Source: an uncultured Nitrososphaeraceae archaeon (GTDB lineage: Archaea; Thermoproteota; Nitrososphaeria; Nitrososphaerales; Nitrososphaeraceae). Taken from it: 10,317 nucleotides of DNA. A program made the translations under genes and the position numbers. The number at the start of each line of letters is the position of its first letter. Position 1 is the stretch's first letter. The stretch spans positions 1-10,317 of the forward strand of contig CAVXZB010000050.1 of NCBI GenBank assembly GCA_963765895.1, read 5' to 3'. Positions 1 through 7,767 of the stretch are shown here, piece by piece. The notes beneath the pieces were generated by a model. It was not told the origin of the DNA. It ran no database searches and saw only the letters and a list, made by a program, of their open reading frames with translations.

Positions 1-946
1 GGCTGTGTAGAAACCATCTCATACAGTCAAAGTTTTCTAAGAGTATAATACCAATAGTCTATTGAAAGAATCAATGTACGTCAGACTTGCAGGTACGATG
101 TTCCGTGTTTTGAAGCATGCAAGGATTCCTCTATTTTCTAACAGGAAAAGTAATCACATATTTACAATATGGCACAATATAGTTCTAGTTGCTATACGAC
201 AGTATGAAGGTAAGAGTTATAGAATGTTTGTCGAGTGGTTAATTGAAGCCTATTACCTAAGGTCATTTCTACGGTTGTCACGTATTCCTCATTTTACAAC
301 ATTGCAAAAGTTTACAGATAGAATCAATAATTCATTGCTTGAAAAAATAATTTCGTCATTCATTGTAATTAGTGACCAAGCATATCTTTGCAGGAATAGA
401 TTCAACAGGATTTAAGATAACTCATGCATCACAATATTATACTGATCCAACAGAATTGAGAAGAAAATATGCGAAATTATCTATTGGAGTAGATGTATTA
501 CAACAAATCATATGTACAATTAAAGATAAGACAAAATTCCAACAAGGCATGTAATGTAGATTTCAGGCCAATTATAACAAGGACATCAAATATTCTTCCA
601 TTATCTGTAGTTACAGCTATAAGGGTTACGATAGTGAAGATAATCACCTTCTCGTAAGAGAGGACTTACATGCATTCAGTATTATTCCTGCTCGATATGA
701 ACATGTACCCATGTGGAGAACACATGGTAAGTACAGAAAGCAGATGAAGCGTGGTTACTCCAAATTGCTGTCCAATCAACGAAACAAAGATGAAACCATA
801 ATATCAGTCATAAAACGACTATTTGGAGAGAATCTTATGTCTAGATTGACTAGAATGCAGAACAGAGAGTTATCATTTAGATGTATCACCTACAATATGC
901 ATAGACTGACTAATCTTGTAATATTGATGGTGTTTTCTACATAGCC
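1..946 (+). mobile_element. IS5-family insertion sequence (ISH1-like group), degenerate copy 1
   Basis: Left end GGCTGTGTAGAAACCAT (1..17) and right end TTTCTACATAGCC (934..946) are inverted repeats with a 12/13 match. They enclose a fragmented DDE transposase. The ~950 bp length and GGC ends fit the ISH1 group. The left flank and target duplication are outside the window. Confidence 0.92.
62..944 (+). pseudogene. IS5-family DDE transposase, multiply frameshifted
   Basis: ORF pieces 62..415, 372..554 and 711..944 join into one transposase: IPHFTTLQKF, GIDSTG (first D), damaged ADKGYD at ~614..633 (the G of the Asp codon is missing relative to copy 2) and QRNKDET..SVIKRLFGE (E). Indels lie near 372, 520-555 and 618. 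Confidence 0.92.
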
Positions 947-1073
947 TAGTAGATATTATGATATAAATAGCGCAGAACATTTTAGTGGACAAAGTAATGG
1001 AATATTGCCTACAATAGAGTTTCGGTGGACAAGATGACTAGTGATATATTCAAAGGAAGGAAGAAAAATAGTA

Positions 1074-1445
1074 ATGACGTTAAAAGTTAAATCACTGAAA
1101 GAAAAGACTGTAGAAGAATCCGACGGTCTTAGAATATTAATAGCACGCTACAGGCCAAGATATCTCTCCAAATCTAATGAAACCTGGAATGAATGGTGGA
1201 AAGAACTGGCACCAAGTAAAAATCTTCATAAGGATTACATGAAGGATAAGAAAATTGACTGGACTGAATACAAAAAGCGATTTCTAATGGAAATGAAATC
1301 TACTGATGCCCAAGAACGAATTAGGGAACTAAAACAATTAGTAAATGATGGTAAAGATATCACGCTACTATGCTATTGTGATTCCACCATAGTTGGTGAC
1401 CATTGTCATAGATACATTATCAAAAACCTTGTAGAAAATATGTAG
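1074..1445 (+). CDS. DUF488 / YeaO-like family protein (123 aa from ATG 1074; the ORF track starts at GTG 1041)
   Basis: DGLRILIARYRPR, WWKELAPS, WTEYKKRFLMEM and ITLLCYC....CHR are hallmark DUF488/YeaO motifs. A TATA-like GATATATT at 1043..1050 lies ~25-30 bp upstream of ATG 1074. Confidence 0.88.
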   Translation: MTLKVKSLKEKTVEESDGLRILIARYRPRYLSKSNETWNEWWKELAPSKNLHKDYMKDKKIDWTEYKKRFLMEMKSTDAQERIRELKQLVNDGKDITLLCYCDSTIVGDHCHRYIIKNLVENM

Positions 1446-1768
1446 CAGTAATAACTTAGAGAATCTATAACACAACATTCAATGCGTTTGAGATGATAGA
1501 AAACTTATGTTTATTGACTTTATCTCTCCAAAAACAGTATTCTATTGAAGTATATCCGTCTCTACTTCTAGATACTATACTCAGTATATTTCGCTAATGG
1601 TAAGTAGTAACGGTACCAATTTTATTTGATATTGATTATACTTTTCTTGTTTTCTTGACATATCAATATCTTTAAACACCTTTGCGTAATTATTAATTCA
1701 TATCTCATTATAACTGAGGACATAGACCTAATTAATTATAACTCTAAATAAAATGAAAAGGTAATTTT

Positions 1769-2021
1769 CTATCTTAATTTGGAGAACTGGACTTCAAGTC
1801 CACGAGCGGACATTCATTGATATGATATCACTTTCATTACTGTTTAATGGAATAAGTGAGGGTGTGGTTTTACAGTGAGGGCAAATCAAAACCTTATCGA
1901 AAACATCTTCCGAACTTGATTTGGGCAAAAAATAACTTGCGCACCAAAAGCATGTTTCACAAAGCGCAAAATGGCAATTGCACTCATGCAGAAACGGTTT
2001 TATAAAGTTAATGGAATTCAT
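1769..2021 (-). CDS. Small Cys-rich Zn-ribbon-like protein of a thaumarchaeal family; C-terminus apparently frameshifted
   Basis: Two CxxC motifs: CETCFWCAS...CPHC...SLIPL. The given ORF stops at 1794. A shifted frame near 1812 continues SARGLEVQFSKLR* (stop 1769..1771), which matches my recollection of the family's RG-x-E-x-x-F-S ending. A TATA-like element lies at ~2042..2049 on the minus strand. Confidence 0.7.
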
Positions 2022-2286
2022 CGAATCTTATACCTTTAATTAATATAATTTTTTATGATATTTATAAATGTTATTAAAAAATCTGTATAGTGTGATCAGA
2101 GAATTATATAGCATATAGAATTTATATAGTTGAACTAACCTGTTAGCAGTCGAAGATAAAAATGTCTGTCAACTAATGACTTGATTTACCATTGCGATTG
2201 CAATGAGCTAGGCCTAACCCACATTCGAGTTACTAAAAAAAACTAAAGAGTGATAATTCTAGAGCCAGAAGACCACTAAATAGATT

Positions 2287-3200
2287 TTATCTATTTCGGT
2301 CTGTGGGCCATGTAGAAATCATCACAAAAATGACAATATTCGTTAGCCTGTGCATGTTATAGGCTATGCATCTGAATGATAGTTCCCTGTTCTGTGTTTT
2401 TACTAGCCTTGAAGAAATATATTCTCCAAATAGTCGTTTTATGACAGACATTATGGTCTCATCCTTGTTTCGTTGATTGTACAATAGTTCGTTATATCCA
2501 CGTTTCATCTGCTTTCTATATCTGCCATGTGTTCTCCATATCGGTACATGTTCATATCGAGCTGGAATAACACTGAATGCATGCAAGGTTTCTCTTACCA
2601 ACTGATGATTATCTTCATTATCATATCCCTTATCAGCTGTAACTACGGATAGTGGTAGAATTTCAGCTATTCTTGTTATGATTGGCTTGAAATCTACATT
2701 ATCATGTCTTGTAGGAGCTCGTCTTATCCTTATGTTGCAGATAATCTGTTGTAGTACATCGGCTCCAATAGATAATTTCGCATATTTTCTTCTTGCTTCT
2801 ATTCGTTCATCATAATACTGTGAAGCATGAGTTATCTTAAATCCTGTTGAATCTATTCCTACAAAGATATGCTTCGTACAGCTAATTACAATGAATGACG
2901 AAATTATCTTCTCAAGCAGTGAATTGCTAATTCTGTCTGTCTGTAAACTTTTGCAATGTTGTAAAATGAGGAATACGTGACAATCGTAGGTACGATCTAA
3001 GGTAATATGCCTCGACTAACCACTCGACAAACATCCTATAACTCTTACCTTCGGTACTGTCTTATTGTAAGTAATACTAAATGCTGCCATATCATAAATG
3101 CATGATTGCTCTTTCTGTGAAGAAACAATGGTATCCTTGAATTTCTCAAGACACGGTACATAGTATTAGCCAGCCTAACATATCTTGATTCTTTCAACAT
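2287..3200 (-). pseudogene. IS5-family DDE transposase with two N-terminal frameshifts
   Basis: Starts ATG TTG AAA GAA at 3200 (MLKESRYVRLA). There is one extra base at 3053..3054 and a 4-bp duplication, (CTGT)3, at 2933..2944. From ~2938 the frame is open through GIDSTG, ADKGYD and QRNKDET to the stop at 2287..2289. Confidence 0.92.
2298..2305. repeat. Target-site duplication GGTCTGTG (left copy; partner 3263..3270)
   Basis: Exact 8-bp direct repeat abutting both TIRs. Confidence 0.93.
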
Positions 3201-3262
3201 CCATATTGGATCATACGTCTAGAAAGCTCTAACGGTATTCAGAACATGGTTTCTACAGAGCC
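2306..3262 (-). mobile_element. IS5-family insertion sequence (ISH1-like group), copy 2, 957 bp, with 8-bp TSD
   Basis: TIRs are GGCCATGTAGAAATCAT (2306..2322) and ATGGTTTCTACAGAGCC (3246..3262). A perfect direct repeat GGTCTGTG flanks it at 2298..2305 and 3263..3270. It is homologous to copy 1 over its full length but clearly diverged. Confidence 0.95.
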
Positions 3263-3270
3263 GGTCTGTG
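3263..3270. repeat. Target-site duplication GGTCTGTG (right copy)
   Basis: Exact 8-bp direct repeat abutting the TIR that ends at 3262. Confidence 0.93.
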
Positions 3271-3500
3271 CAAGTGTTATATTATCATCATATAACATTA
3301 TGAACAAGTGTATTAATTACCAAAGATTGCTATTGTCTCCATGGAACATAATGTCACTAGTGTTTTAGTCTACATCTACCACCATCATGGAGAGAATCTA
3401 GCGACATTTCTAAAAAAATAGAGATAAATTGTTATTTAAAAACTAGGCAGGGATATAATATGTAGGTCAATAAATCATTAAAAAAGTCGGTGGATCCTTG

Positions 3501-3522
3501 CAATCAAGTTATAACTTGATTG
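3501..3522. repeat. Perfect 22-bp palindrome CAATCAAGTTATAACTTGATTG
   Basis: The sequence equals its own reverse complement; intergenic. Confidence 0.9.
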
Positions 3523-3597
3523 AGGTTGATGTACCAGCGATCAGAATCGCAACTACAGATATAATTAAACTGCTATTTTGTCCAGAGTTAACTATGT

Positions 3598-3627
3598 TAT
3601 ACAACATATAATATACAACATATAATA
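3598..3627. repeat. 14-bp tandem duplication (TATACAACATATAA)x2
   Basis: Exact copies at 3598..3611 and 3612..3625, plus TA. Confidence 0.9.
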
Positions 3628-3844
3628 CAAAGGATCCAGACCGTACTTCCTGTCCGATCAATCCAGCAGTTAGAGCGAATCTCTGATGTCACAGGAGTTA
3701 TTCCAAGACAGACTGGATTCTATAACGGCCGTTAATTTGTTTGAATTCATGCGGCCTTACTACTACTACCGAAGTCGGGTTTAACTGTCCAAATCCATTA
3801 GTATTAATGGTAGCGTGATATGATAAAGGACGAGAAAAATAGGA

Positions 3845-4238
3845 ATGAACAGCAATAATCGCAACGTTAAATCAAAAAGGATATTACTTGTAGATAACGA
3901 AACTTACCTTACTTCATTATTTCGATTAGTTTTGGAAGATCACGGATTTGTGGTAGATGTGTATAATGATTCTCTATTAGCATTATTAAACTTTAAACCA
4001 GGATTTTATGAGCTCATTATTCTTGATATACGTATGCCTACGATGGATGGATTACAATTATGTAGGAATATAACAAAGATAGACAATAAGGCTAAGGTAT
4101 GTTTTCTGACAGCATCTGAGAAGTACAATGAAATTTGGTAGACCTCATTCCAAGAATTAGATCGGGATGGAAGATGTTTTATTTCAAAACCGATTGCAAT
4201 TGATGACTTTGTTAAGAGTGAAGGAGGAATTAAATTAG
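3845..4238 (+). pseudogene. Stand-alone response regulator (receiver/CheY-like domain), disrupted
   Basis: Motifs RILLVDNE, LIILDIRMPTMDG (phospho-acceptor D) and VCFLTA. An in-frame TAG at 4139..4141 is followed in the same frame by TSFQELDRDGRCFISKPIAIDDFVK, with the conserved KP. An apparent 2-bp loss near 4217 precedes VKEELN* (stop 4236..4238). Confidence 0.85.
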
Positions 4239-4617
4239 CTTCAAATTTTGGTTAATGACGTAGATATAAGGTACTGGACTAACGATAAATATCAATTAAA
4301 TAAGACTAGCGATCAATCAATATCATACATAGAATGTCATTTGTGAAATAACTGACTTTGAATCACTATTGAGCGCCACATTATGAGATATTATCAACCA
4401 TGTTCTACATTATAGTTACAATGCTTGATCCAAATCATAGATTGAAATGATTGTTTTCACATTAGACCAATACAATGTTTGGACCGGGTACTTAAGTCTA
4501 GACCGGCATCGAATTACTTTAAAGAATCAGCATAATTAAACTAAATCTAATGATTAAGAATGGAAAATTTCGAATCTTTAAAGTTGGTTTACGCTAATTT
4601 CACGTGTCTATAATTTT

Positions 4618-5193
4618 TCAAAGATGAAGTGAGAATCCCGTAGCAAATTCTGCCATAATAAAGATTATAATAAACTGTAATGCGGCTTGTACTGCAACTA
4701 CTGTCACGTACCTTTTCATAAGTTTCTGAATTCTTGACATGTCAGATTCGTTCTTTCTAAGCTCAAAATACACTCTGAAATTAATTGGCAATAATATACC
4801 AAGTCCGAGTACTATCATTATAATAACAATAACCAATACAGCGGAAATCCAATAAACTACCGGTGGATTTCCAGTAATCAAACCCATTTTTGAGGCAAGA
4901 AAATAGCCAGCTGTAGTTGTAACAGCAGCCATAGTTGGCATAAAAAACACCATTTTTGGCATAAGCCAAAAAATTACTTCTTTACGTGCAGAAAGGCTGA
5001 TCCTTCTAAGTACAGGACCCAACAGAAAGGCCATAAATATGTCCGTCCCAGTCCATAATATGGAGCTAAAAATGTGGACATAATTAAGAAAAAGGAAATT
5101 AGTAGTTACGACCGCTGCTATTAGTGCGGATATCGGTATAACAATCCAAATATTTGCAGTAAGTGAGATTCTCGGAATGCTAGTTTGATCCAA
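4618..5193 (-). CDS. Integral membrane protein, ~5 TM, CopD/DUF2269-like
   Basis: 191-aa ORF with a TTG start and about five hydrophobic helices. YVHIFSSILWTG carries the H-x6-W-x-G pattern seen in CopD/DUF2269-type helical bundles. The family call is tentative. Confidence 0.7.
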   Translation of the reverse strand: MDQTSIPRISLTANIWIVIPISALIAAVVTTNFLFLNYVHIFSSILWTGTDIFMAFLLGPVLRRISLSARKEVIFWLMPKMVFFMPTMAAVTTTAGYFLASKMGLITGNPPVVYWISAVLVIVIIMIVLGLGILLPINFRVYFELRKNESDMSRIQKLMKRYVTVVAVQAALQFIIIFIMAEFATGFSLHL

Positions 5194-5590
5194 ATAATGC
5201 TCTAAATAATGTGTGTTAAATTACTTTAAGATTCTGTTAGATTATCAAGCCAGCTTCACATGAAGTGCAGATCTGAACCTTCTTAATCTGTATACATGGT
5301 CTATACAGAGGGAGATAGCTTGGCGAATTGTAACTCAGACAGTTTATCTATCAAGGGTAAATGTGGATTCTCAATGTAGCTAGGTAATACCATATATGGG
5401 TCCCAAAGTAATGTACAGTATTTTATAATACTGGTTACGAGTATCAATTTAAGTGAGTCAAAGGTAATATTTATTCTGGAAATACCTTATTTTATGAGAG
5501 TGATTTCAAAAACAAACGATAGTGTGTTAGAATTATTTTATCTATATGTCACGAGTACAATATTATAGGCGACGCGCTATAAGAAAGTGG

Positions 5591-6207
5591 ATGATGTATC
5601 AATTTGATAGGAGTAATATGATTGCCTTAGCTGGACTTAACCTTGCGTTGTCATATGAAAATGCTCTGTATATAGGCTGGAGAAGAGATTATCTGAAACT
5701 ATTGATGCGGAAATCAAAGAAAGACTTGGTCGCCATCTAGTCCAGACAAGAGAACAACAGGGACGTTTAAAGGATAGAATAATAGCGATGGGTGGAGAAC
5801 CAGTCACTGAGAGTGGTAGATTGCCTATACCCAAGCCGCCCCAATCTCTGAAAAGCATGATAGAAGCTGGAAGTTCTACTAATGAAAGAGAAGTTTGGGA
5901 ATCACTAAATGATCTGATAATAGAAAAAGCGGAGGCAATTATGTACCAAGGTGGTATTCAAGCACTTGAATTATTAAATACAGAAAAGAAAACTATCAAA
6001 GCTTTACAAAAAAATCTGAAAGAGGAGGAAGCATTTGCAAAATGGCTAGAGAAGAATAATCCAAGAATAGCTAGACGATTAATGACGAAGCAGTTAGAAG
6101 CTAAAAAGAAAAAGCGAAAGACAGAGGAAGCTGCTGCCTACTGCGACGACAAGCTAAGGCTTTATGTTACTGAATTGAGTATAAACAACAATAGTGCCAG
6201 CAGGTAA
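5591..6207 (+). pseudogene. Ferritin-like four-helix bundle protein (DUF892 / YciE-YciF-like), single frameshift
   Basis: Frame 2 reads LNLALSYENA. A 1-bp deletion near 5665 joins it to frame 1: SVYRLEKRLSETIDAEIKERLGRHLVQTREQQGRLKDRIIAMGGEP...IIEKAEAIMY...NLKEEE. These match DUF892 ligand patterns (E, HxxxTxxQxxRL, ExxExxxY, EE). The start codon is uncertain (5546, 5591, 5594 or 5618). Confidence 0.78.
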
Positions 6208-6440
6208 TGAGCCATACTAATGATATCACCCAAATTGACATATAAATTGCAGTTCGTTAACCTACTTCAGTAAACAAGTGAACATGCTACAAGAATAAGC
6301 ATTGAATGTGATCTCGCGTCTTATCTAAGTACGTGAAGCTGTATATCTAATTTAAAATCTAGTTATAAGAAGATATATGGCTATAGATAATGCGCACAGA
6401 TTTAGAATGCCCTTTTAGATAGGATATAATTAGAGGTTTG

Positions 6441-6671
6441 TTACTCCGTTTTGGTGCCTCCAGATGAAAACGATACATCTACTACAGCTTGATTGTCTTT
6501 TACACAAATTATGGCCATATAGCAAGTATCTCCTATCTCTTTGGGTAAACTAGCCGCTTTTAAATTAGTTGTACTGGATGCAAGGATCTTCTGTACTCTT
6601 GACTTGTCCCTGCTAAAAACTGTAACGATATAACGGTCTAAATCTAGCCTGATTGCTATTTGTGATCCCAT
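6441..6671 (-). CDS. Hypothetical protein, 76 aa
   Basis: ATG-started ORF with a protein-like beta/alpha pattern and an AT-rich TATA-like stretch at ~6698..6705. No family recognised. Confidence 0.55.
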   Translation of the reverse strand: MGSQIAIRLDLDRYIVTVFSRDKSRVQKILASSTTNLKAASLPKEIGDTCYMAIICVKDNQAVVDVSFSSGGTKTE

Positions 6672-6687
6672 CAGTCTCGAGACTGAT
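6670..6687. promoter_or_regulatory. Perfect 18-bp palindrome ATCAGTCTCGAGACTGAT overlapping the start codon; candidate operator
   Basis: Self-reverse-complementary. It sits between the TATA-like element and the ATG (6669..6671) of the 76-aa gene. The function is inferred. Confidence 0.45.
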
Positions 6688-7109
6688 TACGCCGACATTT
6701 ATTTATGATAATATCGGGCATGACTTGCAATAAATGCCTAATAGCGATCTTATCAAACGCCTCACATAATAATCACTCGAATATGGAATGACTTCACAAA
6801 TATTTCAAATAGGGCTGGCTGATATTAATTTTGTCTTATCAATAACCTGCTTTATTTATTCAGAGGTGACACTTTACTACCTTTAAAGGCTAGTTGATGA
6901 TCGGAAAAAAGAGAGTGGTAGGATAATTCGGGAAATGCCACATGTTTTTATTGTTGTTTAAGATATCCCATTTTATTGATCGAAAATGATATTTATGGTT
7001 CGTATCAATAACAGCACTCTCTATTGGTGTTACTGTATTCCTTTTACGCTAATTGGTATTTAAAAATCCATTTAAGTGGCGCATTGCGCTGATTAAAGAA
7101 AAGACATGA

Positions 7110-7119
7110 TATAAATATA
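7110..7119 (+). promoter_or_regulatory. Archaeal TATA box for the 7147 gene
   Basis: TATAAATATA preceded by a purine-rich BRE-like stretch, ~28 bp upstream of GTG 7147. Confidence 0.55.
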
Positions 7120-7146
7120 AAGTAAAATAAGAAGTACAGGTAGAAC

Positions 7147-7569
7147 GTGTCAAAAAATATTAGACAACAACACCCTTCATTTCAACACTACCGATACTAC
7201 TTTATTGCTGCTGCTGTAGCTACTGCAACTGCTGGAATAGTACATCTGTACATACCATTTGCATTTCCCATGGTATTTGAAAATCTGGCAGTTGCAATAT
7301 TCTTTTTAGGATCCGGAATTGCTCAAGTATTTTGGATATTGCCTATGCTAAAAATGTGGGGAAGACTTTGGTATTATATAGGAATCGTAGGAAATGCAGG
7401 TTTTATAATACTTTATGTCATTACACTGTTTCCCGATAATCCTATTACAAGAAAAGGAGGAAGTGTAGATATTACTGCCTTGATATGTGAATTAGGGCAA
7501 GTCGCTTACATAATAATAACTGTGGCAATATTATCTAAAGAATCTAAAATAAAAGTAAATCAAAAATAG
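7147..7569 (+). CDS. Conserved thaumarchaeal 4-TM membrane protein, function unknown
   Basis: Four hydrophobic helices. Motifs TATAGIVHL, FFLGSGIAQVFW, WGRLWYYIG, PDNPIT and ELGQ resemble a multicopy Nitrososphaeraceae family (from recall). Confidence 0.8.
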   Translation: MSKNIRQQHPSFQHYRYYFIAAAVATATAGIVHLYIPFAFPMVFENLAVAIFFLGSGIAQVFWILPMLKMWGRLWYYIGIVGNAGFIILYVITLFPDNPITRKGGSVDITALICELGQVAYIIITVAILSKESKIKVNQK

Positions 7570-7729
7570 CTGATTAGGATGGCCCTTATATCCATAATCA
7601 TAATTACAACAATAAGATATGTTCACTAGTCACAATCTTCATATTATTGTTATTATTATTATTTTTTATGTGTAGCATAATCAGTATATCTTAAAAAAAG
7701 ACCAAGTATTGCAGCCAAACATATAATAC

Positions 7730-7757
7730 TTGTTCTGAATTTATTTGATCAGAACAA
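7730..7757 (-). terminator. Hairpin just downstream of the SDR stop; possible terminator or 3' stabiliser
   Basis: TTGTTCTGA (7730..7738) and TCAGAACAA (7749..7757) form a 9-bp stem with a 10-nt loop, 10 bp past the stop at 7768. Confidence 0.4.
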
Positions 7758-7767
7758 CAACGTAATA

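Noticed and set aside
985-1032. GTGGACAA direct repeat 40 bp apart upstream of DUF488
   Set aside because: Only two 8-bp copies; insufficient support for a regulatory or repeat call.
1628-1670. GATATTGAT/ATCAATATC inverted repeat around a (TTTTCTTG)2 tract
   Set aside because: AT-rich 9-bp arms with a long spacer. It may contribute to oligo-T termination between convergent genes but is not distinguishable from background.
1-3262. Composite transposon carrying the DUF488 and Zn-ribbon genes
   Set aside because: Copy 2 is bracketed by its own 8-bp TSD and the two IS copies are substantially diverged, which indicates independent insertions.
3660-3720. Hammerhead ribozyme
   Set aside because: It has CTGATGT rather than CTGATGA and lacks a correctly placed GAAA core.
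3271-3844. Replication origin (ORB array) or CRISPR array
   Set aside because: No ORB consensus with a G-string, no cdc6/orc1 nearby, and no regularly spaced direct repeats with spacers.
4781-4969. 62-aa ORF on the minus strand
   Set aside because: Alternative-frame shadow inside the 191-aa membrane protein gene.
5546-5740. 64-aa ORF as an independent gene
   Set aside because: Its middle part is the N-terminus of the frameshifted ferritin-like gene, and the rest is out-of-frame read-through.
5637-5858. 73-aa ORF on the minus strand
   Set aside because: Antisense shadow of the ferritin-like gene.
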